Part shown: positions 9,115 to 18,034 of the stretch, piece by piece | How positions within the stretch are numbered: position 1 is the first letter of the stretch | Layout of the letters: every line of letters begins with the position of its first letter | DNA from: a virus | Taxonomy: Duplodnaviria; Caudoviricetes | DNA: 36,907 nucleotides | Virus record (IMG/VR): IMGVR_UViG_3300017914_002840 | Coordinates: 1 to 36,907 of that record | Reading direction: 5' to 3' (one strand) | Program-made: the position numbers and the translations under genes | Notes under the pieces: model-generated | Databases searched by the model: none | What the model was told of the DNA's origin: nothing | What the model saw: only the letters and a program-made list of their open reading frames with translations

Positions 9115-9558
9115 TTACTTGATCTCAATTGATCTTGGCTTTTTGCCTTCTGGAATAATACGTTCCATAGAAATTTTAAGTAAGCCGTCTTTCAACTCAG
9201 CACCTTTAACTTCTACATCATCTGCAATAGTAAATGATTTTGAGAAATATCTTTTTGAGATACCTCTGTGTAGTACACCGTCATCTTTGTTTTCTTCTGA
9301 CTTTTTAACAGATTTCACTGTTAGTACGTTGTCAGCATAGTCAATTGTGATATCATCTCTTGAGAAACCAGCAAGTGCTAGTTCTACATCATAAGTGAAG
9401 TCACCGGTTTTGACAATGTTGTACGGTGGAAAGTTAACTGTAGGAACATTGAAAGTATAGTCATCATCAAACATACGTTCAAAATGATCGAACATGTTAT
9501 CGAATCCTACTGTTACTGGTCTTAGTTGATTAAAAATAGATAGATGTTTATTAGTCAT
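9115..9558 (-). CDS. Small heat-shock protein (Hsp20/IbpA-like)
   Basis: VGFD, FPPYNI, ELALAGF, LHRGISKR, AELKDGLL, C-terminal IEI. Confidence 0.96.
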   Translation of the reverse strand: MTNKHLSIFNQLRPVTVGFDNMFDHFERMFDDDYTFNVPTVNFPPYNIVKTGDFTYDVELALAGFSRDDITIDYADNVLTVKSVKKSEENKDDGVLHRGISKRYFSKSFTIADDVEVKGAELKDGLLKISMERIIPEGKKPRSIEIK

Positions 9559-9617
9559 TTTAACTCCTCCTTTTAAGCAAGTTTAATTTAATGTAGATCC
9601 TATCTAAGCAATCTACA
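9559..9617 (-). promoter_or_regulatory. ROSE-like RNA thermometer leader of hsp20
   Basis: Two hairpins each with UUGCU opposite AGGA: TGTAGATTGCT-TAGAT-AGGATCTACA (9617-9592) and CTTGCT-TAAA-AGGAG (9581-9567), the second covering part of the SD. Confidence 0.55.
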
Positions 9618-9621
9618 CAGT

Positions 9622-9629
9622 TATTTATA
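9622..9629 (-). promoter_or_regulatory. T4-type late promoter upstream of hsp20
   Basis: Exact TATAAATA on the minus strand, just upstream of the leader hairpins. Confidence 0.65.
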
Positions 9630-9681
9630 CAACTTTTTTGTTGTATATGTATAATATAACAACTTTTTTAAAAATTACGAC

Positions 9682-9912
9682 CTATTCTGGATAAATTAAA
9701 TTGATTTTTTTGCCAACTTCAGTCTGTGTTGGCAAAAATCCATATTCTTTAACAAAAACTTCAAGTACTTGTTTGTAAAATATAGTGCTATCGTGATCTA
9801 CTTTTTGATTGATGCTTGATAAAGATAGGTTGTCAGCATTTTGTAATATTTGTAATGCTAGACTTGATTCAACTTGTAATCTTCTAAGAGATAAATTATC
9901 TATAATATTCAT
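9682..9912 (-). CDS. Hypothetical protein
   Basis: 76-aa ORF coupled to the upstream radical SAM gene. Confidence 0.5.
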   Translation of the reverse strand: MNIIDNLSLRRLQVESSLALQILQNADNLSLSSINQKVDHDSTIFYKQVLEVFVKEYGFLPTQTEVGKKINLIYPE

Positions 9913-11102
9913 GTGTTATATGTCCAATTATATAGTTCTAAGTTAACGTCCTTTAATTTTTCAGAACGAATTGTATCTAGGATGGTACTATTATTTTTAA
10001 ATATTTCTAAGTGTTTGGATCTGTCTACATCATATTTTTCCCAATTTTTAGAAGTAAATATTTTTTCTAAATGTGTCCGAATTTCTTGGTTCTTTATGTT
10101 AGAAATTCTGCTTTTTAAAATTTCTAAATGATTATGAGATAAAATTTTAAGCGTGTCCATATCATTTGTATAAACATATTCAGATTTTACCGGAACACCC
10201 ACGTTTTCAATCCACTTATCAAAATCAAGTATTTTATTGATTGTGTAAATATTAGTTGCCATATGAAGTCTATATTGTGTATTTGGATTTTGGTTAGCAA
10301 AGTCTTTCCATTTGTAAACATTTTTTTCAAATGTGTTCCACACCAATCCTTTTCTTACATATTCAGCTAACTTACCAGTACTTTCAATGCTTGATCGTAT
10401 ATCAAATCCTTTAAATCGAGAAAAAACATCTAATTTTTGTTGGTTTGGGAAAATAGAAGAGTTGGTGTTAATCTGCATTGACAACTTAGATATATCTGTT
10501 TTTCTTTCAAGCAATTCTAAGAAATCTTCAAAATGTCTTGCCATAAAAGGTTCTCCGCCAAACACTGCAATTAGTCTTAATTTTGATAGATCTTGTTTTT
10601 CAAGATGAGAAAGAAACTCTTTTTCATGTTCCATTGTTTGTGTTGCTGTCATAAGAATTTCTTTATCACTTGTATTTCTACGATATTGTTTATGAAGATC
10701 AAGTTGTTTCATTCTATCAACATCGTTGTTCCATTCTGTGCTAAGTTCTGGACTACAATATCTACATTTAAAATTGCAAAAATTTGAAAAAGAAACTTGT
10801 AAATTTACAATTTCACCAATTTTTAAACTTTTTAAAAAATCTGGCTCTTCATAAAATAAAAAAGGTTCTGTTCTTAAACTAGTATTAGAAAGTTTTTCCA
10901 TTGCTGAACATTTTTTACATTGAAGATTTGATAGATTTTTATAATTTATGTCTTTATTATTTTTTATATTTTGAAAGTATTTGTCAATATCTTTAGTGTG
11001 TAAATCACTATCAGCTAATTTATACCTACAACACGGCATTGCGCCAGTTGGCTCATACGATAAACCATTTGTAATCCAATAACAACCTCTTTCGTTATTC
11101 AT
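9909..11102 (-). CDS. Radical SAM protein (twitch-like N-terminus)
   Basis: CNFKCRYC, FGGEP, INTNS; N-terminal C...PCC...CKKC. Confidence 0.85.
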   Translation of the reverse strand: MNNERGCYWITNGLSYEPTGAMPCCRYKLADSDLHTKDIDKYFQNIKNNKDINYKNLSNLQCKKCSAMEKLSNTSLRTEPFLFYEEPDFLKSLKIGEIVNLQVSFSNFCNFKCRYCSPELSTEWNNDVDRMKQLDLHKQYRRNTSDKEILMTATQTMEHEKEFLSHLEKQDLSKLRLIAVFGGEPFMARHFEDFLELLERKTDISKLSMQINTNSSIFPNQQKLDVFSRFKGFDIRSSIESTGKLAEYVRKGLVWNTFEKNVYKWKDFANQNPNTQYRLHMATNIYTINKILDFDKWIENVGVPVKSEYVYTNDMDTLKILSHNHLEILKSRISNIKNQEIRTHLEKIFTSKNWEKYDVDRSKHLEIFKNNSTILDTIRSEKLKDVNLELYNWTYNT

Positions 11103-11120
11103 ATTACACCTATTTAGTTA

Positions 11121-11196
11121 TGGCGGAGCATACGGGATTCGAACCCGTGGTCTTCGCCGTGACAGGGCGACGTGTTAACCGCTACACTAATGCTCC
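11121..11196 (-). tRNA. tRNA-Asp(GTC)
   Basis: GGAGCAT acceptor, TCGCC-CTGTCAC-GGCGA anticodon arm, TTCGAAT T-loop, encoded CCA. Confidence 0.96.
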
Positions 11197-11205
11197 ATTA
11201 ATTAA

Positions 11206-11234
11206 ACTATATAGCAATTTTATAAAAATGTCAA
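11206..11234 (-). promoter_or_regulatory. Sigma70-type promoter for tRNA-Asp
   Basis: TTGACA (11234-11229), 17 nt, TATAGT (11211-11206). Confidence 0.65.
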
Positions 11235-11238
11235 GTAA

Positions 11239-11315
11239 TGGAGGGCCTGGAAGGATTCGAACCCTCGACCCTTTCGTCCGTAGCGAAATGCTCTAATCCA
11301 CTGAGCTACAGGCCC
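11239..11315 (-). tRNA. tRNA-Arg(ACG)
   Basis: GGGCCTG acceptor, TTTCG-CTACGGA-CGAAA anticodon arm, TTCGAAT, CCA. Confidence 0.96.
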
Positions 11316-11515
11316 TTGTGATAAAAACTACGATGCTCTTGAAGATCTCTATCTTGTATAGTAAAACCAATGTGTGTCATAAGTTCCTGTGCTAGGTTAG
11401 GAAACCTTTCAACTAATGACTGGCAGAACAGGTCTTTTTCTTGATCATTCATTCTTGCTAACGATTCGATTGTGTTTAAAACTTTTATTCCAGAAATGCT
11501 CACAGTTGTCTCCAT
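11306..11515 (-). CDS. Hypothetical protein (stop codon inside tRNA-Arg)
   Basis: 69-aa ORF filling the gap between rpsU and the tRNA. Confidence 0.5.
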   Translation of the reverse strand: METTVSISGIKVLNTIESLARMNDQEKDLFCQSLVERFPNLAQELMTHIGFTIQDRDLQEHRSFYHKGL

Positions 11516-11523
11516 TGTGTTAA

Positions 11524-11853
11524 TTAGTAGCCAGGTGTAAAATCTTTATATCTAACTCCGTATTCTAGAGCTAGTTCACGTTGTCTTTTTTCATTTCTAC
11601 GTTTTGCTTGTTGTTTAGCAAGTTTCTTTTTTTCGCTTGGTTTTTGATAATAACGTCTGTCTTTGACTTCTTGCAACAGGCCATCTCTTAGAATTCTTTT
11701 CTTTAACCTACGATATGCTTTCATAGGATCTTCGCCTTCACGTACAAATACCTGAAAGCCAACCGGTTTTGGTCTGTCAGTTTTTGTCTTATTGGCATAA
11801 GTTGTTTTAAAGTTTTTGTTTCTTGGTTTAGTATTCCTGTTGTTTGGTTTCAT
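11524..11853 (-). CDS. rpsU: Ribosomal protein bS21 with basic N-terminal extension
   Basis: VFVREGEDPMKAYRRLKK...GLLQEVKDRRYYQKPSEKKK matches the bS21 pattern. Confidence 0.85.
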   Translation of the reverse strand: MKPNNRNTKPRNKNFKTTYANKTKTDRPKPVGFQVFVREGEDPMKAYRRLKKRILRDGLLQEVKDRRYYQKPSEKKKLAKQQAKRRNEKRQRELALEYGVRYKDFTPGY

Positions 11854-11872
11854 TTTTACCTCATTTGTTTAA

Positions 11873-12409
11873 CTACATTATACTAGATTTTTTTAAAATT
11901 GCAAGAACTTTATTTCCCTGCCATTTTGGATTAGTGTCATATTCAAATTTGTCAATAAATCCAACAAAATTTTCATATTTTTGATAGCAAAAGTCTTTCA
12001 TTCCTTGCTCTCTTCCACGCACTTGCATGATTAATTTTACTTTGTGCCCTTCGGCTAAGAATCCATTTATCTTTTTGGTTTTTACTTTTATATCACCAAT
12101 ATCAATAGTGGGCCTAAATTGGATTTCTTTTAGTTCAGTCACTGATTGATTTTTACTTGATTCTTTTTTCTTTTTCTTTAACTGATAAAGATATTTGCCA
12201 AAATCCATTATTTTACACACCGGTGGTTTTGCATGTGGTGTTATGCAAATTAAATCTAGCCCTTCTGACTTTGCTTGTTGTAATGCTTCATTAGTTCTCA
12301 TTATTTTATTAAAATTGTCACCAATTAATCTAATTTCAGGAGATTTGATTTTTTCATTTATAACAGAATTTTTCTTAGTACTGTCTTTTGGTCCTAATCT
12401 GTGCTTCAT
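11873..12409 (-). CDS. infC: Translation initiation factor IF-3
   Basis: INEKIKSPEIRLI, PPVCKIMDFGKYLY, KEIQFRPTIDIGD, GHKVK, RGRE. Confidence 0.96.
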   Translation of the reverse strand: MKHRLGPKDSTKKNSVINEKIKSPEIRLIGDNFNKIMRTNEALQQAKSEGLDLICITPHAKPPVCKIMDFGKYLYQLKKKKKESSKNQSVTELKEIQFRPTIDIGDIKVKTKKINGFLAEGHKVKLIMQVRGREQGMKDFCYQKYENFVGFIDKFEYDTNPKWQGNKVLAILKKSSIM

Positions 12410-13651
12410 TTATTTAGAGTCAGTACCTGTTTCTTGATAAATTAAAAGAGGGTTACCGTTGTCAAATGTATCTTTGTTTACTACCACACGAGATACACCG
12501 GCTTTTCTATAACTCGGTAATTCATATTGTATGTTTAGTAATAGATCTTCAACTACAGATTTTAATGCTCTTGCACCTAGTTTCTTTTCATATGCAAGTT
12601 CAACAATTTTATTAATAGCATCATCGGTTATTTCAATATCAATCGATTCCATCTTAAACAGTTTCTGTATCTGTTTAAGCAATGAGTTTTCTGGCTTAAT
12701 CAAAATATCTTTCATTTCTTCTTTGGTTAATTCCAATACCGATACAAGCACAGGTAGTCTTCCAACTAATTCTGGTATCAATCCAAATTTTATTACATCT
12801 TCAGGTTGAACTGATTGTTTTAAGTTGTTTTCTATTTGAACTTCTCTACCAAATCCTATTGCACTGGTATTTAATCTTTTGTTGATGATTTTATCTAAAT
12901 TGACAAATGCTCCTCCACAAATAAACAAAATATTTGTTGTGTCAACTTCAATCATTTCTTGCTGTGGATGTTTTCTTCCACCCTGTGGCGGTACTCTAAC
13001 TGTAGTACCTTCAATGATCTTTAATAGTGCTTGTTGTACACCTTCACCTGATACATCTCTTGTGATTGATGTGCTTTCGGACTTACGAGATTTTTTATCA
13101 ATTTCGTCAATGTAAATGATTCCTCGTTGTGCTTTTTCAACATCATAATCTGCTTTTGCAAGTAATCTAACAATTATGTTTTCAACATCATCACCAACAT
13201 AACCAGATTCAGTTAATGTGGTTGCATCACCAATAGCAAAAGGTACATCAATGTAATCTGCAATTTTACTTGCCATTAGTGTTTTACCAACACCAGATGG
13301 TCCAAGCATCAGCACATTTGATTTTTCAACAGTTATACCATCATCGTCATCGTGCTGTTTTGAAAATAAACGTTTGTAATGATTATACACAGCTACACTT
13401 AAAACTTTTTTGGCTTGTTCTTGACCAATAACATGATCATTTAAATGACTGTGTAGATCTTTTGGATCTGGGATTTCAAAAGATTCGGGTGCTTCGTCTT
13501 TTTGACCTTTTGCTGAGTCATCTATAATACTGTGACAAAGTTCAATACATTCGTCACAGATGTAAGCACCTTCGGGTCCAGCAACTAGCTTCTCAGCTTC
13601 ACGTTTAGTTTTTCCACAAAAAGAGCATTTCATATTTTCGTCTTTATTCAT
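12410..13651 (-). CDS. clpX: ATP-dependent Clp protease ATP-binding subunit
   Basis: Zn finger CSFC...CDEC, Walker [13 protein letters not shown] pore loop, IDEIDK, RKH loop (GGRKHP), IGF loop. Confidence 0.97.
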   Translation of the reverse strand: MNKDENMKCSFCGKTKREAEKLVAGPEGAYICDECIELCHSIIDDSAKGQKDEAPESFEIPDPKDLHSHLNDHVIGQEQAKKVLSVAVYNHYKRLFSKQHDDDDGITVEKSNVLMLGPSGVGKTLMASKIADYIDVPFAIGDATTLTESGYVGDDVENIIVRLLAKADYDVEKAQRGIIYIDEIDKKSRKSESTSITRDVSGEGVQQALLKIIEGTTVRVPPQGGRKHPQQEMIEVDTTNILFICGGAFVNLDKIINKRLNTSAIGFGREVQIENNLKQSVQPEDVIKFGLIPELVGRLPVLVSVLELTKEEMKDILIKPENSLLKQIQKLFKMESIDIEITDDAINKIVELAYEKKLGARALKSVVEDLLLNIQYELPSYRKAGVSRVVVNKDTFDNGNPLLIYQETGTDSK

Positions 13652-13926
13652 TTATTTTTTTCTAACCAATTTTTTATCCATTTTTTATCTCTTGAATAAT
13701 TATTAGTTTCAGAGACATTGGAATTGTTTAATGTTTGTTGTGTTAATTTATGAATACCATCCATATCAATTATTTTTTTTACTTCAGTTAATTGTACACT
13801 AATTTCATCATTGATGTCAATTCTTTTGATGTTCTCTTTTCTGTTTTCCATAGATGTTCCAGATCGAGATAAATCACCATCTTTATCAATTGAAATAATT
13901 TGAGTTTCTGGTTCAACACTTAGGTC
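13648..13926 (-). CDS. Probable -1 frame C-terminal extension (92 codons) of the 531-aa membrane protein
   Basis: Track ORF 13648..13983 looks protein-like only after the A9G run (DLSVEPETQ...WLEKNK); see finding. Confidence 0.5.
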   Translation of the reverse strand, partial: DLSVEPETQIISIDKDGDLSRSGTSMENRKENIKRIDINDEISVQLTEVKKIIDMDGIHKLTQQTLNNSNVSETNNYSRDKKWIKNWLEKNK

Positions 13927-15515
13927 TTTTTTTTTAGATCTGGATCGGAAAGATCTTTGATTTCTACATCTTCTGATTGCCACTTAGACGGATTATCATC
14001 ATCTGGCATTGGATAAACTTCTTCGATGATTTCCTGTCTGGCTTGTTGAGCTATTTCTTCAAGTTTTTTCTTTTCAGATTCTTCTCTTTTTTTAAAATCT
14101 TCTTTTTGCTCATCTGTTATAGAATAGTCAACTTTTCCCATATCAAGTTGATATTCTGGTCTACCGTCATATGGATTGTAGTCATCATTTACTGGAATAG
14201 AATAAGAAGCTGATGTTATATCATAACCTGGATTATCTTGTATTTTTTGAGCTCTAGCATTTTCTTTTTGTTGTTCACTGTCTTCGTGATCTTTGAGTTT
14301 ATTAAACTCATTAAGTTGACTTTGCATATCTTCGTATCTTTCTTTCCAATACGAGTCAGGTGTTACTCCACCCGGAGACCCATCAGGACCAGGAACACCA
14401 ATCATTTCTTCACATGATTTGCCATATCTTTGCTTGAATGTGCAATTGGCCGCAATCAATAGTAGTACAGCAAGTGGATCAAAAACAAAAATAATTGTTA
14501 TTATCACCCAACGTACTGCTTCTTCTAACAGATCTTTGTTTGCTTCTTCACCATATATAAATTCTGCAATATACTTAATTGGTCCTACTTCTGCTTCAAG
14601 TTTTCTATATTCTTTTTCATACAAGAATTTTTCTTCACGCACTTCGTCAATTTTTAACTGCTCTGTGTCAATAAATCCTTCAAGCTCTAAAACTCTTCCG
14701 TCAATATCTTGTGTTTTGGTATTTGCTTGATCTCTTAAATTTTGTATTCTATTTTCAATTACTTTTATTTGCTCAGCATATTTTTCATCTATAACAGTAA
14801 GTGCATCATTTAGTTTGGTATTAATATTTCTGATTTCTCGCTGAGCCGAACTTGCTACTGCTAGTTCATTTGCTTTTGCTTCTGCTATTGCTTCATCTAA
14901 ACCTTTTTTACTAAATGCACCTGCATAACGTTCTTGTGCCGCGGCTATGTCGGCTTCTTTACGTTCTTTTGCTTGGGTTAATCTGTTGTTTTGTAGTTCA
15001 ATTTGCTTGTCAAAATCAACTCTAATGTCGTCTTTTTCTTGTTTGATTTTGCTGTATAAATCATTAAGTACTTCTTGTTCGGCTGAAATTAAATTGTCTA
15101 CTCTAACATCTTCGCCTTTCATTAAACGATTCATTTCAGTTGTCCATCTATCAATTTTGATAGTGGAACGATCAATTTTATCGTTTAGTGTGTCAATTAA
15201 AGCAACTTGTTCTGTGGATAAACTAGTTTGCTCAATGTGTGCTTTAGAAAGATAACCAAAAATACCCATTGATGTTATGAACATCAACACAAGAACTGCA
15301 ATTGAAAGATAATATTTTAAAAACCGAGGGGCAACTTTCCAATACTGATATAACCACGAAGCGGTAATCAATTTACCAACTTCTAACACAGTTCCCATTA
15401 TCATAATAGGAATCACTGCGCCAGCAAATATAGCCGCCAAACCGGCAATAGAATAATAAATTGCTACAGCACTAATTGATAAAGCTGATAGTAATGTCAG
15501 TATTGCTATAAACAT
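13920..15515 (-). CDS. Membrane-anchored long coiled-coil protein
   Basis: Three N-terminal TM segments, long coiled coil, EAEVGPIKYIAE...IIFVFDPLAV TM, acidic tail. Confidence 0.75.
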   Translation of the reverse strand: MFIAILTLLSALSISAVAIYYSIAGLAAIFAGAVIPIMIMGTVLEVGKLITASWLYQYWKVAPRFLKYYLSIAVLVLMFITSMGIFGYLSKAHIEQTSLSTEQVALIDTLNDKIDRSTIKIDRWTTEMNRLMKGEDVRVDNLISAEQEVLNDLYSKIKQEKDDIRVDFDKQIELQNNRLTQAKERKEADIAAAQERYAGAFSKKGLDEAIAEAKANELAVASSAQREIRNINTKLNDALTVIDEKYAEQIKVIENRIQNLRDQANTKTQDIDGRVLELEGFIDTEQLKIDEVREEKFLYEKEYRKLEAEVGPIKYIAEFIYGEEANKDLLEEAVRWVIITIIFVFDPLAVLLLIAANCTFKQRYGKSCEEMIGVPGPDGSPGGVTPDSYWKERYEDMQSQLNEFNKLKDHEDSEQQKENARAQKIQDNPGYDITSASYSIPVNDDYNPYDGRPEYQLDMGKVDYSITDEQKEDFKKREESEKKKLEEIAQQARQEIIEEVYPMPDDDNPSKWQSEDVEIKDLSDPDLKKKT

Positions 15516-15531
15516 AAAATTATTTATGTGA

Positions 15532-15981
15532 TTATTTTACAGAATAAATGGCACTATTGGCACCATGCTCTGCACATTCAACTTCAACCACATAACAACG
15601 ATTGTTTGTTGCTTCTCTGATTAATCCATCTGCATAGTTAAAGGCATGCTCGGCAAACTTTTCTGCGCCGACACCATCAAACTCTCTTACCTCACATAAG
15701 TCTTTATCTTGTAAATCATAAAAGTCTTGTTTATGTGGATCATTGATATCAACACAAGTTTTGTGATCAAATTGATCTTCAAGCCATGCTTTAAGTGGTT
15801 TAAGGCCTCCAAAGTCAACTGCCCAATTTTTATTATCCAATTCATCACATCCAAATGTAAATTTAAATTGTAAACTATAACCATGCAATAAATGGCAATG
15901 CGAATGATCTGCATTAGGCTGTCTAAATACTGCACTTAATCCAATATTGTGCCCATAAGTTTTTGTGCTATAATATGCCAT
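15532..15981 (-). CDS. queD: 6-carboxy-5,6,7,8-tetrahydropterin synthase (QueD/PTPS family)
   Basis: HCHLLHGY (CxxxHG), VDFGGLK, FDHK, AE motif. Confidence 0.85.
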   Translation of the reverse strand: MAYYSTKTYGHNIGLSAVFRQPNADHSHCHLLHGYSLQFKFTFGCDELDNKNWAVDFGGLKPLKAWLEDQFDHKTCVDINDPHKQDFYDLQDKDLCEVREFDGVGAEKFAEHAFNYADGLIREATNNRCYVVEVECAEHGANSAIYSVK

Positions 15982-16035
15982 ACATTTCTCCTATATTCAT
16001 TTTAATATAGTATATTAATTTTAAGTAAAAGTCAA

Positions 16036-16494
16036 CTATAATTTGGTTACATCTTCCTTGTAATCGTTTTTCCAATTTTTATAGTAACCTTTAGTTTCAA
16101 GCCATTCTCTAGCTTCAGATAATTTTTTTCTTGCTTGTACAAATATAAGTGGACATTTACCAAAGTTTAATTTAAAGTTTTCCACTTCTTCTTTGTTTTC
16201 TGGATGATCGTCTAAAACAATGTATTCATTTCCTACATATTTTCTAATCTCAATTACTAGATCATCAAATTCTTTAGTGTTTATATTGTTTTCCAACGGT
16301 ATGATATACAGATCATACGTGCCTTTTAGTAACAAAGGAAAGTCTAAAGTTTTCCAATTATCATTACAAATTAAAACTTTTCCGTCTAACCAGGCTTTTT
16401 TTGCATAAGGACAAGGTGGCAGATTATTAAAAATTGCATTTGGTTTTGATAGTGTTTCAACTATCCATTTTTCTAAGTCTTTGCTAGATACCAT
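16036..16494 (-). CDS. Hypothetical protein, DUF1415-like
   Basis: WIVE...LPPCPYAKKAW N-terminal pattern, DHP. Confidence 0.5.
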   Translation of the reverse strand: MVSSKDLEKWIVETLSKPNAIFNNLPPCPYAKKAWLDGKVLICNDNWKTLDFPLLLKGTYDLYIIPLENNINTKEFDDLVIEIRKYVGNEYIVLDDHPENKEEVENFKLNFGKCPLIFVQARKKLSEAREWLETKGYYKNWKNDYKEDVTKL

Positions 16495-17656
16495 AATCTA
16501 TACAATCGCCTTCTCTATAGATATCCAGTGTATTACAGTGCCAACCGCCGTCCCAAAAAAATCTATTTCTTAATGGAATAACAACAGGTTCAATATTTCT
16601 TTTTTCTAATTCATTTAACAAAACAGGACTGTCACTGTTGACTATACAAGTGCCTTCGTCAAGCATTAACACATTTACATCAAATATTGTTTCACTGCTA
16701 TGCCCATGCCATGTAGTTAACCAACTGTTAATAAAATTTTCAAGTTGTGGATTATCTTGTTTTTCAGGATACCAATAGCAACCTGCATTGTTTTGTTTTA
16801 ATTGAGTTTGTTTGTTAACAACTCTTTCCCAATCTGGTTCATCAAACCATATAACATCCCAACCTTTAAAAATTTCTACATAAGGTTTCAGCCACGACGC
16901 CGCAATAACTAAACCAGGTCTTAATACCGAAAACACACTATCATTATGTCCACCTATAAGTAATTTTTGATAGTTGTATTGTGGATATTTTTTTTCTAAA
17001 AAATCTTCAACTAGATATGGTGCTTGCCATAAATCTACAATAACTTTTTTGCCAACTCTTGTAAGATTTGGAGCACAGAAACCGTTTAAAGTTTCTTTCT
17101 GTTGTAATCTTTCTATATCATCTTCATCAATTGAAAGATTATTTCTTTTAGCCCAGCTTTTAATATTCCTTACCGATCTTTTAAATTGAACATCATCATT
17201 ATGAATACTGTTATCAATTTGATTTCCAAACATTTCTTTATAATGTGGCATGGCCTGAGCCACAGGATATGGATGTGGATTGGTTATTAATAATTTGTTT
17301 CCCATTACAATAGCATCATCACGTACTGCTAAAGGAGGTGCAGGGATGCCATTTTGAAATCCATCATGTGATTGACCCGAATTGGTACCAATTGTACCAT
17401 TACTATCAATGTATTCGTTAATATTTTGTTTGTAATTTAAATCATCAGTACTTAATTGTATTACTTCAATACCTCTTTCTTTAACTACTTTTTTAAAATA
17501 TTCAAGATCTTCTTCTGTACTGCCAACAATTTCTTTTAAGCCTTCTCTGATTGTATCGTTTTTGATACCATCAAAAAAACTTTGTTTATAAACAGAACCA
17601 ACTATTAGTGTTTTTAAAGGCTGAAACTCTGTCCAGCTGTTAACTTTTAATGTCAT
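16484..17656 (-). CDS. Amidinotransferase (pentein fold; glycine/inosamine-phosphate amidinotransferase-like)
   Basis: VNSWTEFQPLKTLIVG, VRD, HND, FDVNVL, C-terminal GGWHCNTLD with catalytic Cys. Confidence 0.85.
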   Translation of the reverse strand: MTLKVNSWTEFQPLKTLIVGSVYKQSFFDGIKNDTIREGLKEIVGSTEEDLEYFKKVVKERGIEVIQLSTDDLNYKQNINEYIDSNGTIGTNSGQSHDGFQNGIPAPPLAVRDDAIVMGNKLLITNPHPYPVAQAMPHYKEMFGNQIDNSIHNDDVQFKRSVRNIKSWAKRNNLSIDEDDIERLQQKETLNGFCAPNLTRVGKKVIVDLWQAPYLVEDFLEKKYPQYNYQKLLIGGHNDSVFSVLRPGLVIAASWLKPYVEIFKGWDVIWFDEPDWERVVNKQTQLKQNNAGCYWYPEKQDNPQLENFINSWLTTWHGHSSETIFDVNVLMLDEGTCIVNSDSPVLLNELEKRNIEPVVIPLRNRFFWDGGWHCNTLDIYREGDCIDYGI

Positions 17657-17978
17657 CTGGAAAATCCCTATATAAAAAATGTTGAATAGTTTCTACATCT
17701 ACAAGATGATTGAAACCTACATGCTCACCTTCAATGTTTTGCTCGTTGCGAATAACACTGGTCATTGCATCGTCAAGTTGTTGCATGTTTTTGAATTCCA
17801 TATCAATACGAAATTCAGGTAGATCCATAGAACGAAAACCTAATTTCATTCTTGTGATTCTGTAGCTTTCCATTCTGCCAAGTTCTACCATTTTGTCCAT
17901 AAACTTTTTCATTAGTTTTACAAAATCGTGTGCATTGGTGTTTTCAGTATGATCAGCGTAAATTGTGTATATGTCCAT
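17640..17978 (-). CDS. Conserved hypothetical protein (DUF6614-like)
   Basis: YRITRMKLGF...EF...QLDDAM...LYRDFPD; family name from recall. Confidence 0.5.
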   Translation of the reverse strand: MDIYTIYADHTENTNAHDFVKLMKKFMDKMVELGRMESYRITRMKLGFRSMDLPEFRIDMEFKNMQQLDDAMTSVIRNEQNIEGEHVGFNHLVDVETIQHFLYRDFPDDIKS

Positions 17979-18008
17979 TATTGTAATCTCATTATTAAGT
18001 AGTATGTT

Positions 18009-18027
18009 TATTTATGGCTTATAAATA
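18009..18027. promoter_or_regulatory. Back-to-back T4-type late promoters
   Basis: CATAAATA on minus (18016-18009) and TATAAATA on plus (18020-18027), between divergent genes. Confidence 0.65.
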
Positions 18028-18034
18028 ATGTTAC

